Positions 47,335-56,994 of a stretch of DNA of 64,000 bases are shown here, in pieces. Below the pieces are notes generated by a model. The model was not told where the DNA came from and did not search any database. It saw only the letters and a list, made by a program, of their open reading frames with translations. Position 1 is the first letter of the stretch. Each line of letters starts with the position of its first letter. Location: assembly GCA_029558635.1 (NCBI GenBank), contig JAKQEE010000052.1, positions 204,860-268,859 of the forward strand, in the 5' to 3' direction. The stretch comes from Pseudomonadota bacterium (GTDB lineage: Bacteria; Pseudomonadota; Alphaproteobacteria; Micavibrionales; Micavibrionaceae). The translations under genes were made by a program, and so were the position numbers.

Positions 47335-47931
47335 TTATCTCGGAGCCGAGCGTCGCAAGGGAAACGTTTCAAAAGTCCATGTATCTCGTTCTTTAAATTG
47401 CGCTTTGAATTCTCCCCTCATTTTGAAGATTAGAGGACGAATCCAGCGGTTACCGGGGTCCTTGAATTCGTTGATGACAATTTCGGTGATTTCCGGACGA
47501 TCGGTATTTAGGTAGTCCTTCATTTGGTGGAGTAAACGGCTGGCCAGTCCAAAATCTTGATAGTTTGTATGGACCGAAATCTGGGACAGTTCGATTTGAT
47601 GTTTTTCCGGTTGGGGGTAGAGGGTCAGGCTGGCTACGATCCGGTTGGCGTTGTCGGAAATGATAAAATAGGTTCCATCTCTTCTGGCCATGTATAGAAA
47701 TTCTGGGAAGTGGGGGCTGCGTCCGGTGTTTTTTGAAATATTATCGTTGTAAGGGTTCAGCTCTACCATTTCTTGAAGGGTGATTTCATCCACAATGTGG
47801 ACGGGCTGGTGCGCCAGAACGGGACAATTGTAAGCTACGGCAAGGAAAACGTGCTTCAAGGGAGGTCTTGGTTCGTCAAGATTCAGAAACAGGCGGTTCG
47901 TCAAATGGGTGAGGGAGCCTCTTAAACGCAT
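47335..47931 (-). CDS. hypothetical protein, possible GNAT-fold acetyltransferase
   Basis: 198 aa. ELSQISVHTNYQDFGLASRLLHQMKDYL resembles GNAT motif A (weak). It lies between grpE and dnaK. Confidence 0.4.
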   Translation of the reverse strand: MRLRGSLTHLTNRLFLNLDEPRPPLKHVFLAVAYNCPVLAHQPVHIVDEITLQEMVELNPYNDNISKNTGRSPHFPEFLYMARRDGTYFIISDNANRIVASLTLYPQPEKHQIELSQISVHTNYQDFGLASRLLHQMKDYLNTDRPEITEIVINEFKDPGNRWIRPLIFKMRGEFKAQFKERDTWTFETFPLRRSAPR

Positions 47932-47975
47932 TCGGCTTTATAGCAAATATCTTCTGGCGAGTGCAAAGAATATCT

Positions 47976-48644
47976 TTAAGCCTGTGTATCTACGTTATGA
48001 GCGTCGCTGGCGCCGACGGTTTTGGCCACGCCGACGCGCGCGGGGCGGAGCAGGCGGTCGTGGAGCATGTATCCCGGTTCGATGATCTGGATAATTGTTC
48101 CGTTCTGCTTGTCGGGGATCGGGGCCTCGAACATCACTTCGTGGAAGTTCGGGTTGAAGATTTCGTCGAGTGGTTCGATCTTTTTAATACCGTTTTTCTC
48201 GAAACACGAGAGAAAAACCCGCTCTGTTGCTTCAATTCCCTGAATGAGGGGGAGGATTTTATCATCAGTACGCAGTTCCTCCGGAATGGAGACCAAAGCA
48301 CGACGGAATGTGTCAGCCACATCCAGCAGATCGCGGGCAAATCCGGAAACGGCAAACTTGCTAGCATCTTCGCGTTCTCTGGCAGCACGTTTGCGCAGGT
48401 TTTCCATGTCCGCCACAGTGCGGATCAATTGGTCTTTGGCTTCTGCCAGAGCTTTTTCCAACTGGACTATCTGTTCGTCGTTATGGGGAGCTCCAAGCTC
48501 CAAAGCTTCCGCGGCTTGTTCTTCAGCTGCTGTTTGTTGTTTCATCTGAGCCTTGAACGCTGCCGGACCCGTCAAGTCGGTAAAACCCGATGGTTTTTCC
48601 GGTTCCGGTTGCTCGTTCTGATTCTGGTTATCTTGCGTTGTCAT
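47976..48644 (-). CDS. grpE: nucleotide exchange factor GrpE
   Basis: Carries RTVADMENLRKRAARE and the C-terminal GYMLHDRLLRPARVGVAK. Confidence 0.95.
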   Translation of the reverse strand: MTTQDNQNQNEQPEPEKPSGFTDLTGPAAFKAQMKQQTAAEEQAAEALELGAPHNDEQIVQLEKALAEAKDQLIRTVADMENLRKRAAREREDASKFAVSGFARDLLDVADTFRRALVSIPEELRTDDKILPLIQGIEATERVFLSCFEKNGIKKIEPLDEIFNPNFHEVMFEAPIPDKQNGTIIQIIEPGYMLHDRLLRPARVGVAKTVGASDAHNVDTQA

Positions 48645-48692
48645 GCTCCAGAGAATAACAACCCATTCGGGAAAATCAACAGGGGATCGGCG

Positions 48693-49724
48693 TTATTGGA
48701 CGTGAATCCCCAATATCCGTTCCATGAACAGCGTGGTGTAATCGACAATCTGGACGATTTGGCCGTAGTTGAGCCGTGTCGGGCCGATGATGCCCGTGGC
48801 GCCGATGACCCGCCCGTTCTGGTCGTGGTAGCCTTTAATAATGGTCGACCAGCCGGGATGCTGGAGAATCGGATTTTCGCTGCCGATAAATATCTGTACG
48901 CCTTCACCATTTTCAATCGCCGACATGATTTGCAGCATGTTTTTCTTTTCATCGAGAAAAGTCATCAATCGGCGGATTTCATCCAACTTTTGCTGGGCGG
49001 TCGGATCTTCGAACAATTTGGCCTGACCTTGAATAAAGATATGTCCTTCTTCGAGAGAGGAGAGCGGGTGAATGATACCCTTGTCAATCAGGTTCTGGGT
49101 CAGGCCTTTGAGTTGCAATTCCTTCTGGATTGTTTCCGCTTTCAGTTGGCCTTCGAATTCAGGGAGTGTTTTTCCTGCAATTTGTTCGTTGAGATAATTG
49201 GTCAGCCGATCCAGTTCGAATTGCGGTATGGGTTTGTCCGTGTGGATGATGCGGTTTTCAACCTGACCGTCCTGCAAAATCAGTACCGTCAGGACACGAT
49301 GGGGTTCGAGCGCAAGGAACTGGATTTGTTTAACCGGCTTGTTGGTTTTGGGGGCGATCACCATCCCCACACAGGAGGACAATCCGGATAGCAGGGAACT
49401 GGTTCCTTCAAAAATTCCGCTGATGCTCTTGGCCGAACTTGCCAGTTGGCTTTCAATTGCTTTTCTCTGGTTCAGCGGCAGGGCATTGACCGTCATCAGA
49501 TTATCAACGAACAGGCGCAGCCCTTTTTCTGTCGGTTGGCGGCCGGCCGAGATGTGCGGTGCAAAAAGAAGTTCTTCTTCTTCCAGACGCGCCATGACAT
49601 TGCGGATGGTGGCGGGGGACAACTCCACTCCTGCTGATTGCAGGGTCTTTGATCCTACCGGCGTGCCATGTTCCAGATACTCCTCAACTATCAGTCGGAA
49701 TATATTTTTAGCGCGATCATCCAT
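48693..49724 (-). CDS. hrcA: heat-inducible transcriptional repressor HrcA
   Basis: The N-terminal wHTH is RAKNIFRLIVEEYLEHGTPVGSKTL. 343 aa, directly upstream of grpE. Confidence 0.95.
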   Translation of the reverse strand: MDDRAKNIFRLIVEEYLEHGTPVGSKTLQSAGVELSPATIRNVMARLEEEELLFAPHISAGRQPTEKGLRLFVDNLMTVNALPLNQRKAIESQLASSAKSISGIFEGTSSLLSGLSSCVGMVIAPKTNKPVKQIQFLALEPHRVLTVLILQDGQVENRIIHTDKPIPQFELDRLTNYLNEQIAGKTLPEFEGQLKAETIQKELQLKGLTQNLIDKGIIHPLSSLEEGHIFIQGQAKLFEDPTAQQKLDEIRRLMTFLDEKKNMLQIMSAIENGEGVQIFIGSENPILQHPGWSTIIKGYHDQNGRVIGATGIIGPTRLNYGQIVQIVDYTTLFMERILGIHVQ

Positions 49725-49825
49725 GTCCGCTATTTCAGCATAAAATGCATCTAAAATCCAAGCTATCTTTAGCAGTGTTTTAAACGAGATTTTCTAAAAT
49801 TGGTTATACTAGGACAGGTGTAGAG

Positions 49826-50017
49826 ATGGGAGATCTGTTTGACTATTCGCCGCTGGATATGAGTGCCGCCGATTTTTGGACTTTGATCGGTGTGATTGCA
49901 TTTTTGATCGGGATCAAACTTGCGGCTGACGATTCACCCGCCTTTCCATCCTACTATGGACTGATTTTCTCGTTGTCTTCAAGTCTGTTCGTTATGTGGG
50001 TCAGGTTTTATCACTAA
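49826..50017 (+). CDS. hypothetical small membrane protein (63 aa)
   Basis: Two hydrophobic segments are present. It occupies the hrcA/rph divergent spacer. Coding status is uncertain. Confidence 0.3.
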   Translation: MGDLFDYSPLDMSAADFWTLIGVIAFLIGIKLAADDSPAFPSYYGLIFSLSSSLFVMWVRFYH

Positions 50018-50088
50018 TCCCGTAAATCCGGTTTGACTTTTGCCATTTCCTTCGTTTTGATAGGGCCTCAAGCGAAAGAGAAAGATTT

Positions 50089-50820
50089 ATGGGTCAAGGC
50101 AATGCTCGTCCGTCGGGACGCAATTCCAATCAGTTAAGAAGTATCGAGATGATTTGCGGCGTGTCCAAACATGCCGAAGGCTCGTGTCTGGTCAAATTCG
50201 GCGATACGCATGTTTTGTGTACTGCTACGGTTGAAGAATCCGTTCCCGGCTGGATGAAGAATTCCGGCAAGGGGTGGGTGACGGCTGAATATGGAATGTT
50301 GCCGCGTGCCACTGAGAAGCGGACCGATCGTGAAGCCGCCAAAGGTAAGCAAACGGGGCGGACGCAGGAGATCCAGCGTTTGATTGGTCGCGCGCTTCGT
50401 GCTGTGGTTGATGTCGAGCGCATGGGCGAGCGTCAGGTGCGTCTTGATTGTGATGTGCTTCAGGCGGACGGCGGGACACGCACGGCGGCCATTACCGGAA
50501 GTTATGTCGCCATGATGAAGGCATTCGAATATCTGATGAGCATCGGGTTGCTCAAGGAAATGCCGGTGAAAGACAGTGTGGCTGCGATTTCGGTCGGGAT
50601 ATTCGAAGGGGCTCCGGTTCTCGATCTTGATTACGCCGAAGATTCCAATGCCGAGACGGATGCGAATTTCGTGATTACCGGTAAAGGCGGGATTGTCGAG
50701 ATTCAAGGCACGGCTGAGAAAGACCCGTTTTCGGAAGAGCAGTTTCTGGAGTTGCTGTCACTGGCCAAGCAGGGATGTACGGAGTTGGCAGATCTTCAGA
50801 AAAAGGCGATCAAAGGATAA
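50089..50820 (+). CDS. rph: ribonuclease PH
   Basis: Carries [16 protein letters not shown] and [18 protein letters not shown]. Confidence 0.95.
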   Translation: MGQGNARPSGRNSNQLRSIEMICGVSKHAEGSCLVKFGDTHVLCTATVEESVPGWMKNSGKGWVTAEYGMLPRATEKRTDREAAKGKQTGRTQEIQRLIGRALRAVVDVERMGERQVRLDCDVLQADGGTRTAAITGSYVAMMKAFEYLMSIGLLKEMPVKDSVAAISVGIFEGAPVLDLDYAEDSNAETDANFVITGKGGIVEIQGTAEKDPFSEEQFLELLSLAKQGCTELADLQKKAIKG

Positions 50821-51398
50821 TGTTTTCCAAGCTTGTACTTGCTACGCACAATCAGGGAAAGGTCGCGGAGATGTCTGATCTGCTGCGGTCTTTTGAGGTC
50901 GAGGTCGTTTCCGCCAAGGATTTCGGTCTCTCTGCTCCTGATGAAACTGAAGATAGTTTCGCAGGCAATGCTCTGATCAAGGCGCGCTATGTCTCGGCGA
51001 AAACGGGATTGCCTGCGCTGGCTGACGATAGCGGGTTATGTGTGAAGGCGCTTCACGGCGCACCGGGGGTGTATTCCGCCGATTGGGCGGGACCCGAGAA
51101 AGATTTTGGTAAGGCCATGGATCTGGTTTATGAGAAAATGGATGGGGCGGAAGACCATTCGGCGTGTTTCATATCCGTGTTTGCTTTGGTGACGCCGGAT
51201 GAGCAGGAGCGGGTGTTTGAAGGGCGTTGCGAAGGTAAGCTTGTCTGGCCCCCGCGCGGAACGGGCGGGTTCGGGTATGATCCGATGTTTGTTCCTGCGG
51301 GTGAAGCGCGGACCTTCGGTGAGATGACAATGGACGAGAAAAAGAAATATTCCCATCGCGCCAAGGCGTTTGCCGAGTTTAAAAAGATTTTCACGTGA
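50820..51398 (+). CDS. rdgB: dITP/XTP pyrophosphatase (RdgB/HAM1)
   Basis: Trimmed to the ATG at 50820 (TAATG overlap with rph). Carries LVLATHNQGKVAEM, FGYDPMF and SHRAKA. Confidence 0.9.
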   Translation: MFSKLVLATHNQGKVAEMSDLLRSFEVEVVSAKDFGLSAPDETEDSFAGNALIKARYVSAKTGLPALADDSGLCVKALHGAPGVYSADWAGPEKDFGKAMDLVYEKMDGAEDHSACFISVFALVTPDEQERVFEGRCEGKLVWPPRGTGGFGYDPMFVPAGEARTFGEMTMDEKKKYSHRAKAFAEFKKIFT

Positions 51399-52585
51399 TG
51401 TCGTTCGGCATTTATATTCATTGGCCGTTTTGCAAATCGAAATGTCCGTATTGCGATTTCAATTCGCATGTGGCGGAACGGATCGACCATAAGCGGTGGA
51501 GGGACGCGTATTTAAGGTCTTTGGGGCATTGGTTCGGGCAAACAAAAGACCGCGCCGTTGAAACTGTTTTCTTTGGTGGTGGGACGCCGTCACTCATGGA
51601 GCCGCAAACAGTTGCGGATATCATTTCTTTTATCAAAGATCATTGGGATGTTGCGCCGAATGTTGAAGTGACATTGGAGGTCAACCCGACGTCATTTGAA
51701 ATTCCGAAATTCGAAGCATTTCGCATGGGTGGCGTGAACCGTGTGTCAATAGGCGTTCAATCTTTGCGGGCGGATGATTTAAAGTTTCTGGGGCGGGAAC
51801 ATAACCCTGATCAGGCGAAAGAGGCCATTCGTGCTGCCGCGCAAATTTTTGATCGGACTTCGTTCGATCTGATTTATGCGCGGCCCCACCAGAGCATTGA
51901 CGATTGGCGTTCTGAATTGGATGAGGCGCTGGGGATGGCGGGTGGTCATCTTTCTTTGTATCAACTGACCATCGAACAGGGGACGCCGTTTTATACGCGG
52001 CACGCACGCGGAGAGTTTCATGTTCCCGAACAGGATACGGCGGCAGATTTTTATGATGTGACGCAGGATGTTCTGGAGGCGGCGGGGCTTCCCGCCTATG
52101 AGGTATCCAATCATGCGCGCGTGGGCGAAGAGTCGCGGCATAATCTGATTTACTGGCGGTATGGGGATTATATCGGCATCGGGCCGGGGGCGCATGGACG
52201 TGTGACTCTTGAGGATAAGAAGTTTGCTACACGAGATCACCGCGCGCCGGATGTCTGGTTGGCGCGTATCGAAGGGACTGGCACGGGCGGGGATGCTCCG
52301 GAGCTGGTTGACCTCTATGCACGGTTTCAGGAATGTCTGATGATGGGATTGCGCTTGCGTGAGGGGGTTCCCTTTGCGCGTTTAGGGCAGGCCTTGGGTA
52401 GTGATGTTTGGGATGTCATGGACCGATCGCGGCTGAAGTCACTGATTGATGCGGGAATGATCGAGGACGATCAAAAAACCCTGCGAACAACGCCGCAGGG
52501 TTTCAAATGTCTGAATGCCGTTCTGGGCTATTTACTGGGGAGCTCCCGTGTTGGTAGCCATGGGGGCTCCGCCCATCATAGATGA
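51395..52585 (+). CDS. hemW: radical SAM heme chaperone HemW (HemN-like)
   Basis: Carries the CxxxCxxC motif HWPFCKSKCPYCDF. 396 aa. The 3' end overlaps the convergent gene by 54 nt. Confidence 0.9.
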   Translation: MMSFGIYIHWPFCKSKCPYCDFNSHVAERIDHKRWRDAYLRSLGHWFGQTKDRAVETVFFGGGTPSLMEPQTVADIISFIKDHWDVAPNVEVTLEVNPTSFEIPKFEAFRMGGVNRVSIGVQSLRADDLKFLGREHNPDQAKEAIRAAAQIFDRTSFDLIYARPHQSIDDWRSELDEALGMAGGHLSLYQLTIEQGTPFYTRHARGEFHVPEQDTAADFYDVTQDVLEAAGLPAYEVSNHARVGEESRHNLIYWRYGDYIGIGPGAHGRVTLEDKKFATRDHRAPDVWLARIEGTGTGGDAPELVDLYARFQECLMMGLRLREGVPFARLGQALGSDVWDVMDRSRLKSLIDAGMIEDDQKTLRTTPQGFKCLNAVLGYLLGSSRVGSHGGSAHHR

Positions 52586-54103
52586 CATGTCGGCGCCGTT
52601 CATGGTCACTTTACCCTGTTCATCTACAACGAGGTGGTAGGTTCGCAAGGCCGGGTTATCCTTGTCCTGTTGTCCCATCATTTGCAACATGGCCAGCGGA
52701 CCTGCGGCTTGTTTCATGTTAGGATCTGCCGCGGCGTGTTGGTTCAGTTCCGCAATGACGGCATCCAGTCCCTCGATTTCAAGATTCTGGTCGGCTACAA
52801 CCCCCATCGGGCTGGTGGTGCTGGCCTTGGCTTCGCCGGAACCGTTTACTTTATAGGCGGGCGCCGAGATTTTGAGTGCATGGGTTACGCGGCTTCCGGC
52901 TTGGGCCAGTATGGCCGGAAAATTCGGCGGGGTTGGTGCTACGGCTGCTTGGTCGGTTGTTTGGCTTTGGCCGAGTTGTGCCGTCGCCTGATCTTTTCCG
53001 ATTTTGATGATTTCAGCCATCGGGAAATCGTGGACTTTGATGTCCAGATCAAACTGTTCGGGGATGAATTTGACGAATTCGGCATCATTGGTTTTTAGGC
53101 CGTTCATTCCAATCGAGAATCCCATGCCCGATTTGGGAGGGGTACTCTGGTTGAAACTCATGCCCCAGTATCCGGTGGCCAAAGAGAAGTTGACCGGATG
53201 TCCGTTCGAGGCCTTGGCGGATGTGTTGACGGCGAGTCCCTTGATGCTGAATTTGGCCGAGGCTTCGCCCATTTGCGATTCAAACATCGAGCCCATAACG
53301 TCGAAGATTTTCAGAATTTGTTGAGGGTTGTTCTGGATGTTGGCCATGTTTTCTCCGGAACCGCCCATTTGTTTGAACTGGTTGCGCAGGGACTGCATCG
53401 CCGCGGCGTCAAGGCCGCTGATCATGTAATCGACATCCGCTTCGCCGATTGTGGCAAAGGTTTCGGTTTCTGTACCGATGACGATGTTCTGTGCCATGCC
53501 GTGAATGGGGCCGGACCATTTCTGGGTGGTTGGATCAATGCTGAAATTCTGATCCAGTGAAACGGCTTTGATGGTGCCTTTGGTTGGTTGTTGGTCGGGT
53601 TCCGCAGAGGCGAGGAATTCGATATTTTGATAAGCTGCTTTGAGTTTCGACGTGTATCCCAGTTTCGTGTTCCATACGCCCCCTGTTTTTTGATTGCCCA
53701 GCGTTACTTTCATGACATCTTTGCTGTCCGGTCCGGTGAGGCTGATCGGCGAGGGAAGGGTGTATGAGAATTTCCATTCTTCGGGGCTGTCGGTCGGCAT
53801 GACATTGATGGCGATTTTGCCCAGATCGTAGGTCATATTGTTGGGGTAGAGCGCCTTGATATGCGGGGTGACGATTTCGTAATATTTGTCTTTCGGCGTG
53901 ATGATCAGGTCGCCTTCGGTGGTGAGGGTCGATCCGCCGACGGAGGCAATTTGTTTTTGTTCGTCGATATAACCTTGTATTGCGGATTTCAGTTGTTCGG
54001 CGCCCTCAGCGTCAACAGCAGCGTCGGCCCCGTGAGGCATGAAGACCAAAAGGGCAGTGGTGGCAGTCAGGTACGCAGTCAAAGGCAGGGAGCGGAGCAT
54101 CAT
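52532..54103 (-). CDS. secreted hypothetical protein (possibly DUF2125 family)
   Basis: ORF 52532..54334 trimmed to the ATG at 54103 (MMLRSLPLTAYLTATTALLVFMPHGADA, a signal peptide). The family name comes from memory of this synteny and was not verified. Confidence 0.5.
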   Translation of the reverse strand: MMLRSLPLTAYLTATTALLVFMPHGADAAVDAEGAEQLKSAIQGYIDEQKQIASVGGSTLTTEGDLIITPKDKYYEIVTPHIKALYPNNMTYDLGKIAINVMPTDSPEEWKFSYTLPSPISLTGPDSKDVMKVTLGNQKTGGVWNTKLGYTSKLKAAYQNIEFLASAEPDQQPTKGTIKAVSLDQNFSIDPTTQKWSGPIHGMAQNIVIGTETETFATIGEADVDYMISGLDAAAMQSLRNQFKQMGGSGENMANIQNNPQQILKIFDVMGSMFESQMGEASAKFSIKGLAVNTSAKASNGHPVNFSLATGYWGMSFNQSTPPKSGMGFSIGMNGLKTNDAEFVKFIPEQFDLDIKVHDFPMAEIIKIGKDQATAQLGQSQTTDQAAVAPTPPNFPAILAQAGSRVTHALKISAPAYKVNGSGEAKASTTSPMGVVADQNLEIEGLDAVIAELNQHAAADPNMKQAAGPLAMLQMMGQQDKDNPALRTYHLVVDEQGKVTMNGADMSSMMGGAPMATNTGAPQ

Positions 54104-54296
54104 GGCGCAAATCCTTGGGGCTAAGTTCGGGTTGGTCGATGGCAGTTTAACAGCATGAAACGGGGATGTTCCAGAGCAAAAATCGCCTTTATCCCTGATA
54201 TAATTCGCCCAAAATGTTGTTTTTGTCTTGGAGAGTGGCGCGTTTGGGGCTATAAATTCGGGCTGTTTCCACTTTTTTACGGTGTATGACGACCCC

Positions 54297-55514
54297 ATGA
54301 TTTTATCTGCTATCTCGAAACAATTTACCCTCAAAGACGACGGGCAAATTTATTTTCAACCTGACTCTACCAATCCGCTGCCCGGTGAGCCGCTGGCTGT
54401 TGTCCGCAAAGGCGAGATGTTGTTGCAGCCGATGATCGAGATTTTGGCGACACGTGATCTAGGTGCGGAAGATAGGAATGCGGTAACCGAGCATGTGGCG
54501 ACATGGCTCAAGGCTCATATCTATACCGTGCTTGAGCCGTTATTTGCGTTGGTTGTCGATGAAACATTGCCGGAGCCGGTAAGGGAAATTGCGCTTAAGC
54601 TTTTTGCCGGTGTGGGGATTGTTCCGCGTGGTGATGTCGAGGAGCCGATTTCAAAACTTGATGCAGAAATGCGCAAAGTGCTGCGTGACAAAAAAGTTCG
54701 TCTTGGGCCTTTGCTGATTTTTATTCCCGACTTGAACAAGCCTGCTGCGGTTCATTTGCGCGCATTGTTGTGGAGTCTTTATAACGATGTGGTATTGCCC
54801 GCGCCTGTGCCGCGTGATGGGGCGATGTCGGTCACGGTCGAAACGGAAGGTGCCAATCCTGATTTTTACCGTGCGATCGGATATCCTTTGTATGGGCCGC
54901 GTGCGGTGCGGATTGATATGCTCGACCGTGTGATCAATGCAGTTTATGACGGGGCCAAGGATGGCAAGTTCCAAGCCCAGCATTCGATGGCCGAATGGAT
55001 GGGCTGCCCAATTGCCGATTTATACGGCGTTCTGGAGGCTATGGGGCATAAGCGAATTGAAACGCCTGTTGCCGAAGTTCCTGTCGAAGTAGCTCCGGTT
55101 GTTGAGGACTCTCCTAAAGAGGAAGCCGCTCCGCAAGAGCAGCCCGCTGAAGCGACGACGGAAGTTGTTGCCGAGGAGAAAAAACAGGAACAGAAAAAGC
55201 CCGATCTGGATTTCTTTATTCTTCGTCGCGGCAAGGCACATGGCGAGCGCAAGGAACGACCACCGCGTGCCGAGCATCATCATGCGCCGGCCGACAAGCC
55301 TGCGTTCCCTAAAGAGCGGTATGCGCCCAAGGGGGTCAAGAAAACCGATCGCAAGTCAGATGACGAGGATGGCGAACACAAAAAATTCAAAAAGAAAAAA
55401 TTTGACGACCGCAAGAAAGACCGCGAGGCTCGTAACGAACCGCGTGTCTATAAAGCCGAAGCCGCCGATCACGACAACCCGTTTGCGGTACTGCAGAATT
55501 TAAAGCTGAAATAG
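54297..55514 (+). CDS. hypothetical protein with an extremely charged Lys/Arg/Glu/Asp C-terminal tail
   Basis: ORF 54228..55514, where position 54228 is a TTG. The first ATG is at 54297. The tail is KKQEQKKPD...KKFKKKKFDDRKKDREARNEPRVYKAEAADHDNPFAVLQNLKLK. Confidence 0.55.
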   Translation: MILSAISKQFTLKDDGQIYFQPDSTNPLPGEPLAVVRKGEMLLQPMIEILATRDLGAEDRNAVTEHVATWLKAHIYTVLEPLFALVVDETLPEPVREIALKLFAGVGIVPRGDVEEPISKLDAEMRKVLRDKKVRLGPLLIFIPDLNKPAAVHLRALLWSLYNDVVLPAPVPRDGAMSVTVETEGANPDFYRAIGYPLYGPRAVRIDMLDRVINAVYDGAKDGKFQAQHSMAEWMGCPIADLYGVLEAMGHKRIETPVAEVPVEVAPVVEDSPKEEAAPQEQPAEATTEVVAEEKKQEQKKPDLDFFILRRGKAHGERKERPPRAEHHHAPADKPAFPKERYAPKGVKKTDRKSDDEDGEHKKFKKKKFDDRKKDREARNEPRVYKAEAADHDNPFAVLQNLKLK

Positions 55515-55859
55515 TATCATTCCCCACACCATGGAGGCGTTGAAGAGGGAGAGGAGAACGGCGGCGGAGCCGAGGTCCTTGACCTTTTTCGAAGCTTCAT
55601 GCCAGTCGTTTGAAATCCGCTCAATCACATATTCCAGAGACGTGTTGATGAGTTCGGTAATCAGGACCAGAAACAAACTGGCGATCATCAGAATGCGCTC
55701 TATGGTGGTGACATCAAGCCAGAAGGCGAGCGGGACGCCGATAAAAAACAGAGCCAGTTCCTGACGAAAGGCGGCTTCGGAATGGATGGCGGTTTTCAGT
55801 CCGTCGATGGAATAGCCAAAGGCTTTGACGATCCGCTTAAGTCCGGTGTTTTTCTGCAT
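55500..55859 (-). CDS. dgkA: diacylglycerol kinase (prokaryotic DgkA type)
   Basis: Trimmed to MQKNTGLKRIVKAFGYSIDGLKTAIHSEAAFRQEL. At 119 aa the size is typical. It overlaps the dxr 3' end by 23 nt. Confidence 0.85.
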   Translation of the reverse strand: MQKNTGLKRIVKAFGYSIDGLKTAIHSEAAFRQELALFFIGVPLAFWLDVTTIERILMIASLFLVLITELINTSLEYVIERISNDWHEASKKVKDLGSAAVLLSLFNASMVWGMILFQL

Positions 55860-56994
55860 ATAAATTTTTCCTGATCTCAAGGTCGAGGGCCACAATGTTG
55901 TCCAGTGTGTCAGGATTCTTGTCTTTTGCCAATTCGATTCCCTGTTCAACCAAGGGGATAATGTCGCCAAAGCGAATGTGGCCGTTCAGGAATTTATCGA
56001 CGGCGACTTCGTTTGCGGCATTAAGGGCGATGCAGGCGGCGGGCCCAGCGGCGAGGCACTCATAGGCCAAGCGGATCGAGGGGAATTTATCCGTATCCGG
56101 CTGTTCGAAGTCGAGGGTTTTCAAGGTTTTCCAGTCGAGCGTTCTGCCTGTGGTCGTCATGCGGTCGGGATGGGCCAACGCATAGGCAATGGGCGTGCGC
56201 ATATCGGGCGCACCGAGCTGCGCGAGGACGGAGCCATCCATATATTCCACCATCGAATGAATGACCGATTGTGGATGGATGAGGACGTCGATTTTTTTTG
56301 GGGGCATATTGAAGAGATAATGCGCCTCGATAATCTCCAGTGCTTTGTTCATCATGGATGCGCTATCGACCGAGATTTTGCGGCCCATGGTCCAGTTGGG
56401 GTGATTGACTGCCTGTTCCGGTGTGGCGGTGGCCATTTGATCCTTTGTCCATGTGCGGAACGGTCCGCCGGAGGCAGTGAGGATCAGTTTTTTGATCTGG
56501 TCGCGGTTGTGGTTTTCAAAGACCTGAAAAATCGCATTATGTTCGCTGTCCACGGGGAGAATTTTGACGCCGTGTTTCTTTGCGGCCTCTATCACAATGG
56601 GGCCAGCGGCGACGAGGGGTTCCTTATTGGCAATCGCAATGGATTTGGTGTGGGCGATGGCCGTCATCACGGGTTCCAACCCCGCAATCCCCACAATGGC
56701 GGCCATGGTGAGGTCGGTTTTGAGGGTGGCGGCTTCAAGGATCGCGGAACGCCCTGCGCCGGTTTTGATGTTTGTACCTGATAGAGCGTCTTTGAGTTTT
56801 GGGTACTGGCTTTCATCATAGATCGCGACAAATTCGGGGCGGAGTTTGAGGGATTGTTCGATCAACAGATCGACATTTTTTCCAGCGGTGAGGGCGCGGA
56901 TTTTGAACTGGTCGGGGTTGGCCGCGATCAAATCAATTGTGCTGGTTCCTATCGATCCGGTCGAGCCGAGAATGGTGATGGTTTTTGGGGTCAT
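55837..56994 (-). CDS. dxr: 1-deoxy-D-xylulose-5-phosphate reductoisomerase
   Basis: Carries ITILGSTGSIGTST, LPVDSEHNAIFQ and NHPNWTMGRKISVDSA. Confidence 0.95.
   Translation of the reverse strand: MTPKTITILGSTGSIGTSTIDLIAANPDQFKIRALTAGKNVDLLIEQSLKLRPEFVAIYDESQYPKLKDALSGTNIKTGAGRSAILEAATLKTDLTMAAIVGIAGLEPVMTAIAHTKSIAIANKEPLVAAGPIVIEAAKKHGVKILPVDSEHNAIFQVFENHNRDQIKKLILTASGGPFRTWTKDQMATATPEQAVNHPNWTMGRKISVDSASMMNKALEIIEAHYLFNMPPKKIDVLIHPQSVIHSMVEYMDGSVLAQLGAPDMRTPIAYALAHPDRMTTTGRTLDWKTLKTLDFEQPDTDKFPSIRLAYECLAAGPAACIALNAANEVAVDKFLNGHIRFGDIIPLVEQGIELAKDKNPDTLDNIVALDLEIRKNLYAEKHRT

Noticed and set aside
47961-49391. 476-aa + strand ORF
   Set aside because: It is antisense to grpE and hrcA, which both have unmistakable motifs. 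The ORF has no motifs of its own.
49769-49797. Possible CIRCE operator (TTAGCAGTG-N9-AGATTTTCTAA) upstream of hrcA
   Set aside because: Only one half-site approaches the consensus TTAGCACTC-N9-GAGTGCTAA (about 7/9). The other half is essentially unrelated, and there is no convincing dyad symmetry.
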